DNA of 64,000 bases from Gammaproteobacteria bacterium (GCA_036381015.1 DASVDR010000029.1:96676-160675); one strand, 5' to 3'. Shown: positions 8,629-17,796, numbered from the stretch's first letter. Made by a program: numbers and translations. Notes: a model not told the origin generated them from the letters alone.

Positions 8629-9570
8629 ATGCAAAAGCTAACTTCTTCCTTGGCCGTCGCCGCCGCCGCCGCGCTCTCGCTGGGAGCCGCCGCGGCCGAA
8701 ACGGTGAAGGTCGAGATTCGCGTACGCGAAGTCGATCTCGTCGTCGACAACTCCGGCACCACGCATCCGATGTGGACGTACGGCGGCACGATCCCCGGCC
8801 CGCTCGTGCGGGTGACCGAGGGCGACATCGTCGAGTTCACGCTGATCAACGACGAGCACAACAAGCAAAGTCACTCGATGGATTTTCATGCCGCGCGCGC
8901 CGACGTGCTCGGTGAATTCGAGGCCATCAAGCCCGGCGACACGAAGCAGTTCTCGTTCGAGGCCGAGTATCCCGGCGTCTTCATTTATCACTGCGGCGCC
9001 GACTCGATGGCCGAGCACATCTCGCGCGGCATGTACGGTGTGATCATCGTCGATCCGAAGGAGGGGTACAGCTCGGAATATCCGAAGCCCGACCGCGAGT
9101 ACGTGCTCGTGCACGGCGATCTGTTCGAGGTCGGGACGTCGGCCGAGGACATCACGATGGGCCGCGGTTGGAAGGGCGTGCTGGTGAACGGCAAAGTCTT
9201 TCACTACGACCCGGTCCACGATCCGAACGCAAGCCTCGCGCTCGAGTCCGAGCCCGGCGAGCGCGTCCGCATCTACTTCGTGAACGCCATGATCAACGAA
9301 TCCGCCGCGTTCCATCCGATCGCCGGCATCTGGGATCGCGTCTGGGAAAACGGCAATCCGAAGAACGTGTCGTACGGCATGCAGACCGTCGAGGTGCCGC
9401 CGGCCCACGGCGTCGTCCTAGACCTGATCAGCCCCGAGGGCCGCGCGACGAACAATGCGCTCGTCGATCACCGCATGAGGCACGCGATGAACGGCGGCAT
9501 CACCGTGCTGATGAACTACGAGGGCGCGGACCCCGAGAAAGGCCGAGGCGACGCGCTGATCTTGCGCTGA
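8629..9570 (+). CDS. nirK: Copper-containing nitrite reductase family protein (NirK-like, compact 313 aa)
   Basis: Signal peptide. SHSMDFHAA matches HNIDFHAA (T1 His, catalytic Asp, T2 His). YHCGADSMAEHISRGMYG matches HC-x8-H-x4-M. C-terminal LVDHRMRHA matches the region of the third T2 His. Confidence 0.85.
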   Translation: MQKLTSSLAVAAAAALSLGAAAAETVKVEIRVREVDLVVDNSGTTHPMWTYGGTIPGPLVRVTEGDIVEFTLINDEHNKQSHSMDFHAARADVLGEFEAIKPGDTKQFSFEAEYPGVFIYHCGADSMAEHISRGMYGVIIVDPKEGYSSEYPKPDREYVLVHGDLFEVGTSAEDITMGRGWKGVLVNGKVFHYDPVHDPNASLALESEPGERVRIYFVNAMINESAAFHPIAGIWDRVWENGNPKNVSYGMQTVEVPPAHGVVLDLISPEGRATNNALVDHRMRHAMNGGITVLMNYEGADPEKGRGDALILR

Positions 9571-9593
9571 ATCACGCACCGGAGGAGCCGTCC

Positions 9594-10286
9594 ATGAAAG
9601 TGATACCGCTCGTCGGCATCGTGGCGGGGCTCGCCCTGTCGCTGCCGATCGCGAACGCGGCCGGCGAGGCCGAGTTCGTCCAACAGAACTGCGCAAGCTG
9701 CCACGCGTTGACGCAGCCCGACTACGAGGCACTCGGCGTCGCCGAGCGCGCGGAGCGGAAGGGACCGCCACTCTACTATGCGGGGAACAAGTTCCGCGAG
9801 GAGTGGCTGGTCGAGTGGCTGCAGGCGCCGGAGCGCATCCGCCCCGGCGGCGTCTTCGCGCCGGCCCATGCGGTCAGCACGCCGGAAGGCGACGTGATCG
9901 ATCCGGAGACGCTGATCGAGCATCCGGTTCTCTCGGCCGCGGAGGCCGAAAGCGCCGCGAAGTATCTGATGACGTTGCGTCCGTACGACGACCTCGTCGC
10001 CGCGCAGTCGTACGAGCCCGGCCCGATCAACCTGCGAATCGGGCAGATGAACTTCAGCAAGTTCAAGGGTTGCGACAGCTGTCATCGAGATGCGCCCGAC
10101 TTCGGCGGCGTGTCCGGGCCCGAGCTCTACACCGCGTGGGAGCGCCTGCAGCCGGCTTTCATCGCGTCGTATATCGCCGATCCGACGGCATGGGATCCGC
10201 ACACGATGATGCCGCGCGGATCGCTCCCGCCCGAGGAAGTGAAGAAGCTGGCCGACTACCTGAAGGCGCTATCGGAGGTCGAGTAA
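9594..10286 (+). CDS. Dihaem c-type cytochrome, secreted
   Basis: Inner ATG of ORF 9168..10286 with GGAGGAG upstream. Signal peptide MKVIPLVGIVAGLALSLPIANA. Two haem motifs, CASCH and CDSCH. Confidence 0.85.
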   Translation: MKVIPLVGIVAGLALSLPIANAAGEAEFVQQNCASCHALTQPDYEALGVAERAERKGPPLYYAGNKFREEWLVEWLQAPERIRPGGVFAPAHAVSTPEGDVIDPETLIEHPVLSAAEAESAAKYLMTLRPYDDLVAAQSYEPGPINLRIGQMNFSKFKGCDSCHRDAPDFGGVSGPELYTAWERLQPAFIASYIADPTAWDPHTMMPRGSLPPEEVKKLADYLKALSEVE

Positions 10287-10717
10287 TGAGCGAAGAAGTC
10301 ATGCACCGCTTGCATGGAAAGCGAGGCGCCGAGCGCCGCATGGGAAGCGAGATGAGGCGGCTGCTTCTGGCGCTCGGCGCCGCCGCTCTATCGAGTCTGC
10401 CGGGAGTCTCGCTCGCGGACGGCGACGCGGAGCGCGGTCAGGCGCTTTACCGGATCTACTGCACCCAGTGTCACGGACTGCAGGGTAACGGCCGCGGGGT
10501 CAACGTCCCGGACATGGCCGTAATGCCGAGAGACCACACCGATCGCGTCGAGATGTCCGCGCGCACGGATGAGGACCTGTTCAAGGCCATCCAGGGCGGC
10601 GGCAAGGCCGTCGACAAGTCGGTGCTGATGCCGGCCTGGGGCGGCAATTTCAGCGACGAGAATATCCGCGACCTCGTCGCCTATCTCCGCAAGCTCTGCT
10701 GCTCGGAAGCGCAATGA
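10286..10717 (+). CDS. Monohaem class-I c-type cytochrome, secreted
   Basis: CTQCH haem motif with distal Met region (LMPAWG). ATG overlaps the upstream TAA (TAATG) with GGAGG 7 nt upstream. Alternative starts at 10301, 10340 and 10352 lie before the signal MRRLLLALGAAALS. Confidence 0.8.
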   Translation: MSEEVMHRLHGKRGAERRMGSEMRRLLLALGAAALSSLPGVSLADGDAERGQALYRIYCTQCHGLQGNGRGVNVPDMAVMPRDHTDRVEMSARTDEDLFKAIQGGGKAVDKSVLMPAWGGNFSDENIRDLVAYLRKLCCSEAQ

Positions 10718-10734
10718 ACGCGAAGGAGGCGCTC

Positions 10735-11784
10735 ATGCTGTTACGCCACGTTTTGATCGGCCTGACCCTGCTGGGTTTCTGCGCCGCGGCCCAAGCCGAG
10801 CTTCGCAAGTTCGAGATGACGATCGAGGAGGTCGATCTCGAGGTGGCACCGGGCTTTACCGTCAAAGTCTGGGCCTTCAACGGTCAGGTTCCGGGGCCGC
10901 TGATCCACGTCAGGCAAGGCGACGAGGTCGAGGTCGTCGTCCACAACCTCACGACGCTCAACCACACCATCCATTGGCACGGCCAGTATCAGACCAATAC
11001 CTGGCAATCGGACGGCGTGCCGGGTGTCACGCAGAAGGCCATCGAGCCCGGCGAAAGCTACACGTATCATTTCGTTGCCGAGAAGCCGGGCAGCCTCTGG
11101 TACCACTGCCACGTCAACGTCGCGGAGCACGTGGGCCTGCGCGGCATGTGGGGGCCGTTCATCGTGGATCCGAAGAACCCGACGAAGCTCGAGCAGGAAG
11201 TCACGAAGGACGCGATCGCGATGTTCTCGAGCTGGAGCTCCGCGTCGGCGGATACGTACGGCACCGGCGGTCATCCGGCCGAGGTCATCGACTACTTCTC
11301 GATCAACGGCAAGTCACATCCGCTCAATCAGCCGCTGCGCGTCAAGAAGGGCGACGTGCTGCGCTTGCGGCTCTACGCCGTCACGATCCCCGTGTCGTTC
11401 CATCCTCACGGGCACGATGCCCTCGTGACGCACAAGGACGGGCTGCCCCTCGAGAACCCTTATCCCGTCGACGTGCTCGCGCTCCAGCCGGGCGAGCGAT
11501 ACGACGTGATCATGCGGATGGAGAACCCGGGCATCTGGATGACGCACGACCACGTCGAGCATCACGTGACGAACAACGGCGCCCATATGGGCGGCTCGAT
11601 GCTGGTCATCGAGTACGAGGAGATCGAGAAGCCGGATTGGTACATCTGGAAGAACATCGAGTACGAGCCGGACTTCTACATGAGCGAGTCGTTGAAGAAG
11701 CCGTACGGCATCCACGACATCGAGGCGTTCAAAGGCATCGATCCGTTCCTCCAGCGTCGTCAGCGCAGCGCAGCCTCTCACTGA
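10735..11784 (+). CDS. Two-domain multicopper oxidase (T1 site in the N-terminal cupredoxin domain)
   Basis: AAGGAGG 5 nt upstream of the ATG at 10735 (track start 10714 also possible). Signal LLGFCAAAQA. Motifs HWHG and WYHCHVNVAEHVGLRGM in domain 1. FHPHGH and THDHVEHH (no Cys) in domain 2. Confidence 0.85.
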   Translation: MLLRHVLIGLTLLGFCAAAQAELRKFEMTIEEVDLEVAPGFTVKVWAFNGQVPGPLIHVRQGDEVEVVVHNLTTLNHTIHWHGQYQTNTWQSDGVPGVTQKAIEPGESYTYHFVAEKPGSLWYHCHVNVAEHVGLRGMWGPFIVDPKNPTKLEQEVTKDAIAMFSSWSSASADTYGTGGHPAEVIDYFSINGKSHPLNQPLRVKKGDVLRLRLYAVTIPVSFHPHGHDALVTHKDGLPLENPYPVDVLALQPGERYDVIMRMENPGIWMTHDHVEHHVTNNGAHMGGSMLVIEYEEIEKPDWYIWKNIEYEPDFYMSESLKKPYGIHDIEAFKGIDPFLQRRQRSAASH

Positions 11785-11852
11785 TCGCTGCGCCGCAGCC
11801 CGGCACTGATCGGCGGCCGGATGCGTCGGGGCCGGCAGCCGAGGGTGCGGGG

Positions 11853-11894
11853 GCGGCCTTCTCGTGGTCGCTGTCGGCGACCCGAGAAGGCCGC
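11853..11894 (+). terminator. Long GC-rich hairpin downstream of the MCO gene (putative terminator)
   Basis: GCGGCCTTCTCG-t-GGTCGC-tgtcg-GCGACC-CGAGAAGGCCGC: 18 paired bases with one bulge. Lies 69 nt after the stop codon. Confidence 0.5.
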
Positions 11895-12101
11895 GGCCGT
11901 GGGTGAAGGTTCGCATCGAAGGCCGCCGTGCATTGCGCTAACGTCTGACGGGGCGGGCGCCGGTCGCGTGGGCGACCGAGCGTCGCCCGCTCGCGGAGGA
12001 GGTGAGGCCGCGCTTCGAGAGGGTCCGCGCGACGCTCGGGTACCGGGCGCCTCCTCGAGGATCGTGCGATCGCGCTCGGCATTCCCCGAAGCGAGGCGAA
12101 C

Positions 12102-12515
12102 GTGGCCAAGCAATCCAAGGTCGTTCTGACGTCCCGCGATTTCGACCGGCTCGAGAAGCTGCTCGGATCGTTGCCGGCGAATGCGTCGCCGACCAAGGCG
12201 GCATTGCTGGCGGAGCTCGAGCGGGCGGAGATCGTCGAGCCGGAAAAGGTGCCGCCCGACGTCGTGACGATGAATTCGACGGTCCGCTTCCAGATCCTCG
12301 AGTCGGGCGAGGAGTTTCTGCTGACGCTCGTCTATCCGAAGGACGTCCAGGGGCAGTCGGACCGAATCTCGGTTCTCGCGCCGGTCGGCAGCGCGTTGTT
12401 GGGCCTTTCCGTCGGCGACGAGCTCACATGGCCGCGGCCGGGCGGCGGCGTCGCGACCGTGAAGGTCGTCGAGGTGGTCTATCAACCGGAGCGTGCGGGC
12501 GACCTCCATCGCTAG
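12102..12515 (+). CDS. rnk: Regulator of nucleoside diphosphate kinase (GreA/GreB-family C-terminal domain)
   Basis: GTG start. PPDVVTMNSTVRF...LVYP...ISVLAPVGSALLGLSVGD...GGGVATVKVVEVVYQPE aligns along its full length with E. coli Rnk. Confidence 0.85.
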   Translation: MAKQSKVVLTSRDFDRLEKLLGSLPANASPTKAALLAELERAEIVEPEKVPPDVVTMNSTVRFQILESGEEFLLTLVYPKDVQGQSDRISVLAPVGSALLGLSVGDELTWPRPGGGVATVKVVEVVYQPERAGDLHR

Positions 12516-12526
12516 GCAGCGACGCT

Positions 12527-12601
12527 CGCGCCGAGCACAGCGGCCCGCGCCGAGCACGCGGCCCGCGCCGAGCACCGAGGTCCGCGCTCAGCACCGAGGC
12601 C
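12527..12601. repeat. Four tandem 18-19 bp repeats (CGCGCCGAGCAC + 6-7 nt) between convergent genes
   Basis: The 12-mer occurs at 12527, 12546 and 12564 (identical) and at 12583 (CGCGCTCAGCAC). Linkers are AGCGGCC / GCGGCC / CGAGGTC / CGAGGCC. Confidence 0.85.
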
Positions 12602-12619
12602 GCCGGGGCGCCCGCCCGC

Positions 12620-14524
12620 CTACTCGGCCAGCAACAGGTGAACGGCGACGTAGCGCGCGTCCACGGTGTTCGCCGCTTCGTCGTAGGTTCCATGGGCCGT
12701 GAGCGCCCGAGCCGCGTCGCCCGCGGCGAGCCGCCGCGCAAGCTCATCGATGAAGGTGCCGAAATCGCTGAAGAGCTCGACACGACCGGGCTCCGCGAGA
12801 CCGAAGAGCGCGCGGCCGCCGTGCGGAGCGACCGTCGGCGGAGCGGGCAAGTCGAGCAGGTCGACCACGCGGCGGCCGACGCGCAGGTGATGCCGCGCAC
12901 CGATGCTCGGGTTCGCGAGGTCGAGCACCAGCCCGGTCGGCTCGAGCGCGAGGAACGGCGCCACGGTGCCGGCGTCGCCCCAACCGATGCCGAGCGACGC
13001 CGGCAGGTTGCGATGATCGACGACCGTGCGCCCTTCGAAGTCGGGCGGCGCCGCGCCGAACGGCGTGACGAAGCCGAGCACGCTCGCCGCTTCGCCCGGC
13101 GCGAGCGCGCCGAGCGAGAGCGCGCCGGTCGCCACCTCGTAGTCGCTCGGATCCGCATCCACGGCCGGCGCCGCGCCCGTGCCGGTGAAATCGAAGAGCT
13201 CGGCCGGCAGCCGGTCGATCGCCCGAAGCTCGAGATCGAGCTGGCCGTTCGTCACCGCGGCGACGGTGCCGTGAAGCCGCGTGACGAGCATGCGGATCCG
13301 GCCTTGCGTCGCGTCGAGCGCCGGCGCGGCATCGGGCGCTTCGGGATCAGCAGGCGGCGCGAGCTCGCCGAAGGCGACGATCCGCTGTCCGACCGAAAGG
13401 GCATCGTCGCCGAGAGCCTGTGCCGGATCGCCGATCTTGAACACGCGCGTGTCCGGCCCGACGTCGACCAGCACGGTGCGGCGGAAGCGTGCGCCGCCGT
13501 CGCGATCGACGACGAACGCGCCCTTGACCGTGAGCAGATCGCCGCGGCGCGCGGCCACATGGCCGTAGACGGCATCGACGCCGGCTCCTCCCACGCTCTC
13601 TCGTGCATGAACGATCTCGGCCGTGAATTCGCGATCCTGCACGTCCAGCGTGCCGAACGCGACCGTGAGCGTGCCCGGATCGAGCTCCGCGAGCGCTTCC
13701 AAGCCTTCCTCGCCGACGTACGCGGCGTCGCCGATCTCGAACGTCGTCGCCGCGGTGGTGTGCACGGTCACTCGGCCTTGGTCGCCGTCGCGCCGGTGCC
13801 ACGGACGGATCGCAATGGTGTACTCGCCGGCATCCTCGTCGACGTCGACGAGCGCGCCGCGAACGCGCAGCTCCTTCTCGACGACCGGTGAGACCTCCGC
13901 GACGATGTAGGGCTCCGCGGTCACGACCGGCGGGCTCTGCATCGTGTCGACCTCGTGGGAGGCCGCGAGATCGAAATCGAGCGTGAGGAACGCGGCGCGA
14001 CCGCGGGTGACGACGAGCCGGTCTCGATCGGGGAGGCGGATCTCGAGCTCCGTCACGCCGAGCGGTTCGCCGTTCGTATCGACCACCGTCGCCTGCACGG
14101 TCTCGCCTCCGGCCTCGACGAAGACTTCGGCGTTCGCATAGTCGAGGCGAATCGTGCCGCCGACGAGCTCCCCCGGCGCCAGCGTGACGGCGGACAGCAG
14201 GTCGGACAGGTCGACCAGCTGCGCGAAATCGATTCTCGTCGTGCTCGGGAGCACCTCGACCGTTGCGCCGTCGCTGCGATGCAGCGTGATCGAGAGCACG
14301 TCGACCGAGTAGCTCGCGAAGTCGCCGTCCGCATCGGTCAAGGCGACGAGCAGCGTGCCGCATTCCGCGGCCGTCGCCGCGTCGGCCGGATCGCACGGTG
14401 CCGGCGGGTCGGCGGTCGCGGACGAGCCTCCCGAGCCGCTGCACCCGCCGAGCGCGAGCGCCAAAGATATCGTGCCGATTTTCGCGGCGGCGCGTAAGAC
14501 GCGCGTGAACGTCGACGACTGCAT
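12620..14524 (-). CDS. Lipoprotein, DUF4382-like N-terminal domain, function unknown
   Basis: Lipobox LALALGGC. LLVALTDADGDFASYSVDVLSITL resembles the start of DUF4382. 634 aa with protein-like composition. Confidence 0.7.
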   Translation of the reverse strand: MQSSTFTRVLRAAAKIGTISLALALGGCSGSGGSSATADPPAPCDPADAATAAECGTLLVALTDADGDFASYSVDVLSITLHRSDGATVEVLPSTTRIDFAQLVDLSDLLSAVTLAPGELVGGTIRLDYANAEVFVEAGGETVQATVVDTNGEPLGVTELEIRLPDRDRLVVTRGRAAFLTLDFDLAASHEVDTMQSPPVVTAEPYIVAEVSPVVEKELRVRGALVDVDEDAGEYTIAIRPWHRRDGDQGRVTVHTTAATTFEIGDAAYVGEEGLEALAELDPGTLTVAFGTLDVQDREFTAEIVHARESVGGAGVDAVYGHVAARRGDLLTVKGAFVVDRDGGARFRRTVLVDVGPDTRVFKIGDPAQALGDDALSVGQRIVAFGELAPPADPEAPDAAPALDATQGRIRMLVTRLHGTVAAVTNGQLDLELRAIDRLPAELFDFTGTGAAPAVDADPSDYEVATGALSLGALAPGEAASVLGFVTPFGAAPPDFEGRTVVDHRNLPASLGIGWGDAGTVAPFLALEPTGLVLDLANPSIGARHHLRVGRRVVDLLDLPAPPTVAPHGGRALFGLAEPGRVELFSDFGTFIDELARRLAAGDAARALTAHGTYDEAANTVDARYVAVHLLLAE

Positions 14525-14794
14525 GGTTTCCCTCGCAAATGGTGACTGGGGAATCAGAACGCGCGACGGGGCGATAGGTTGACGCAGGGCGATCGGCGCC
14601 GCGATGTCCGAGCGCGAGCCGAAACGCGAGCCGCTCGGACCGATCCCGGCCGTTTCCGGCGCTCTTCACGGTTGCCGCCGAGGGTAGGGCGGCGAGCAGC
14701 CCGAGCGAGTTGCTAGCGGCATGCCGCCGCTATAGGCTCTAACTTCTCTAACAATGAGACGATCGCCGGTACCGTAGGGTACGGAGGGGGAACC

Positions 14795-17752
14795 ATGAAA
14801 GTCTTCGATCGACGCGCTTGTGCCGCCGCTGTTTCGCTGGCACTCACCGGTATCGTCAGCGCGCAAGAGCCCACTGTCGACGAGGTGACCGTCACGGGCT
14901 CGCGTATCCGTGCCACCGGCTTCTCCACGCCGACACCGGTCACGGCAGTGACCTCGGCCGAGCTCGACTTCATGGCCCCGGGAAACCTCATCGAGTCGGT
15001 CACGCAGTTGCCGATCTTCTTCAACAACACGACTCAGGACAATCCGGGCAACTTTTTCAGCAGCCCGGGCTCCGGCAGCCTCAACATCCGCGGGCTCAAT
15101 ACCAACCGCACGTTGACTCTGCTGAACGGCCGGCGCATGACGCCGTCGAATCGCATCGGCGCCGTCGACATCAATTCGTTCCCGGAAGTGCTGGTCGAGC
15201 GCGTCGAGGTCATCACGGGCGGCGCGTCCGCCGCTTACGGCACCGACGCGGTCGCCGGCGTCGCGAACTTCATTCTCGACACGGATTTCGACGGCGTGAC
15301 GACGCACGCACAGGCGGGCAACAGCTCCGCGAACAGCCGCGGCACGTGGGAAGTGGGCGTCGCCGTCGGCACGCCGATCGGCGAGCACGGCCACATCATC
15401 GCGTCAGCCGAGGCGTATGCGCAGGACGGCGTACACGGCTACGACCGCCAGAGCTGGTACGAAGCTTGGGGCCAGGTGCGCGACACGTCGACGCCCGACT
15501 CGCGGTTGGATCTCGTCGTCCCGAACGTCGTCTCGACGCAAGGCTCGCAGAACGGCATCATCAGCGCGCCGGGATCGGCGCTCGACAACTGGGAGTTTCG
15601 CCCGGACGGGACGGCCGGGCCGTTCGTCTTCGGCAGCCCGGCCGGCGGGGGCGCACATTCGATCACGAACGGCGGCAGCGGAACGCCGAACGGCACCGAA
15701 TACGCGACGCTTTCCCCGAAAGCCGATCGAAACAACCTTTTCCTCTACTACGACCACGACATCGGCGAGCGCACGAACGTCTACGTGCAGCTGACCCACG
15801 GCCAGAACACGAGCGAGAGCCACAACCTCGGCGGCGTATTCACCGGCGCCTCGAACGGCTTGACGATCTACAGCGGCAACGCGTTCCTGCCCGAGAACGT
15901 GCAGGCGATCATGGATGCCGAGGACCTCGAGTCGTTTTCCTTTCAGCGATTCGGAAGCCTGGAAGATGTCGCGGCAGGCGCGGCGCAAGAAACCCGAAAC
16001 ACGAACAATGCGCTCACGCTGGGCTTCTCGAAGGACCTCACGGCCGACGGCATGCTGGACGGCTGGCAACTGCGCGGCTACGTGCAGGTCGGCAGAGCCG
16101 AGCACCGCGGCTTTCACAAGCACGGCATCCGGATCGACCGCCTCCCGGCGGCGATCGACGCGGTCGTGGATCCGGACACGGGCGAGATCGTCTGCTACGC
16201 GGCCCTGCAGGACCCGGAGAACTGGAGCGACTGCGTGCCCCTGAATCTGTTCGGCGCCGGCAACGCGTCGCAGGAAGCCATCGACTACGTGACCGGCTTG
16301 GACGCGGGAACGGTGGTCACGAACGCGCCGGTGTATTTCTCGGACTCCGGCTATGCGAAGGGCAGAACGATCAGCTACGTCTCGGGCGAGGACAAGATCA
16401 CGCAGACCGATTACGACCAGGACATCATCGAATTCTCGCTCGACGGTCAGCTCGCCGAAGGGTGGGCCGGGCCGATCTCGGCCGGCTTCGGCGTGCATTA
16501 CCGTGAAGAGAGCATTTTGCAGCTGGCGATAGATCACACGAATCCGAGCGGCGATTTCGCATCGCGGCCGGCGAAGTTCGACCCGGCCATCGTGCGCGGC
16601 GTGGGTACGGGCATGAGCGAGCGCACGACGGCCATCCAGTTCGCGTCCGTGCCGAATCTCGACGGCGGCTACGACGTGCGAGAGGCGTTTGCCGAGTTCC
16701 TGATCCCGCTCGTCGCCGAGCGCACGGCCTTCGAGAGCCTCGCTGCATCGCTCGCCTGGCGCTGGGCCGACTACAAGGGCAGCGGCTCGATCGTCGCTTG
16801 GAAGGGCGGCCTCGATTGGCAAGTCAACGACGTCTTGCGCGTGCGCACGACCGTCTCGCGCGACGTGCGGGCGGCGACGCTCGCGGAGCGGTTGGACCGC
16901 ACGGGCGGCATCGCCAACATCGAGGACAGGGCCTTCGGCCCCGGCGCACGCTTCGACACGAGCCTCGCCTCGGGCGGCAATCCGAACTTGAAGCCCGAGG
17001 AGGCGGACACGCGCACCGTGGGGCTCGTGATCGAGCCGACCGCCTTGCCCGGATTTCAGGCGTCCGTCGACTGGTACGAGATCGACATCAGCGGCGCGGT
17101 CGGTCAGCTCGGCATTCAGGCGCTCGTGGACGAGTGCTTCGATTTTCCGGGCAGCGACACGTGCAATTTGGTGCATCGCGACCCGAACACGAACGTGATC
17201 GTCCTCGTCGAGAACGTGTTCGTGAACATCAACGCGGCCCGGGCGAGCGGCATCGATCTCGAGCTCGCCTATCGAGCCAACATCGGTCCGGGGACGCTGG
17301 GATGGCGTTTCCTCGGCTCGCGGCTCAACGAGAACTCGATCACCAACTTCGGCGCGGCAAAGGTCGACTTCGCGGGGGACGTCGGCACGCAGGAGTTCCC
17401 GGAGCTCAAGTACACGACGAACTTCACGTGGAACCAGGGGCCGTTCTCGGCCTTCATACAGGCGCGCTACATCGGCTCCGGCGTCTTCGATGCGCGCGAC
17501 ATCGAGGGCGTGACCATCAGCGACAACAGCGTAGAGTCCGTCCTTTACACGGACGCCCGCGTGTCGTTCGGCAGGGAGCGGCCCAACGGCAGCCGCTGGG
17601 AGATCTTCGGCAGCGTCACGAACCTGTTCGACGAGGATCCGCCGATCGTGCCCAATTTCAGCAGCTTCACGGGCCAAGCGAGCCAGGTGAACCCGAGCAT
17701 CCACGACATCCTCGGCAGGCGGTACACGATCGGGTTCCGGTACGATTTGTAA
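14795..17752 (+). CDS. TonB-dependent receptor (paralog 2)
   Basis: GGAGGGGG SD. Signal ...LTGIVSAQE. DEVTVTGSRI, RTLTLLNGRR, ITGGASAAYGTDAVAGVANFILD. Ends ...GFRYDL. Confidence 0.9.
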   Translation: MKVFDRRACAAAVSLALTGIVSAQEPTVDEVTVTGSRIRATGFSTPTPVTAVTSAELDFMAPGNLIESVTQLPIFFNNTTQDNPGNFFSSPGSGSLNIRGLNTNRTLTLLNGRRMTPSNRIGAVDINSFPEVLVERVEVITGGASAAYGTDAVAGVANFILDTDFDGVTTHAQAGNSSANSRGTWEVGVAVGTPIGEHGHIIASAEAYAQDGVHGYDRQSWYEAWGQVRDTSTPDSRLDLVVPNVVSTQGSQNGIISAPGSALDNWEFRPDGTAGPFVFGSPAGGGAHSITNGGSGTPNGTEYATLSPKADRNNLFLYYDHDIGERTNVYVQLTHGQNTSESHNLGGVFTGASNGLTIYSGNAFLPENVQAIMDAEDLESFSFQRFGSLEDVAAGAAQETRNTNNALTLGFSKDLTADGMLDGWQLRGYVQVGRAEHRGFHKHGIRIDRLPAAIDAVVDPDTGEIVCYAALQDPENWSDCVPLNLFGAGNASQEAIDYVTGLDAGTVVTNAPVYFSDSGYAKGRTISYVSGEDKITQTDYDQDIIEFSLDGQLAEGWAGPISAGFGVHYREESILQLAIDHTNPSGDFASRPAKFDPAIVRGVGTGMSERTTAIQFASVPNLDGGYDVREAFAEFLIPLVAERTAFESLAASLAWRWADYKGSGSIVAWKGGLDWQVNDVLRVRTTVSRDVRAATLAERLDRTGGIANIEDRAFGPGARFDTSLASGGNPNLKPEEADTRTVGLVIEPTALPGFQASVDWYEIDISGAVGQLGIQALVDECFDFPGSDTCNLVHRDPNTNVIVLVENVFVNINAARASGIDLELAYRANIGPGTLGWRFLGSRLNENSITNFGAAKVDFAGDVGTQEFPELKYTTNFTWNQGPFSAFIQARYIGSGVFDARDIEGVTISDNSVESVLYTDARVSFGRERPNGSRWEIFGSVTNLFDEDPPIVPNFSSFTGQASQVNPSIHDILGRRYTIGFRYDL

Positions 17753-17796
17753 ACGCCACAATAGGCTTACGGACTGTCCGTCCGGGGAGAGCCGCC

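Noticed and set aside
9168-10286. 372-aa version of the dihaem cytochrome ORF overlapping the nirK-like gene
   Set aside because: The upstream 140 codons are Arg-rich and overlap the NirK frame. A strong SD plus signal peptide at 9594 defines the real start.
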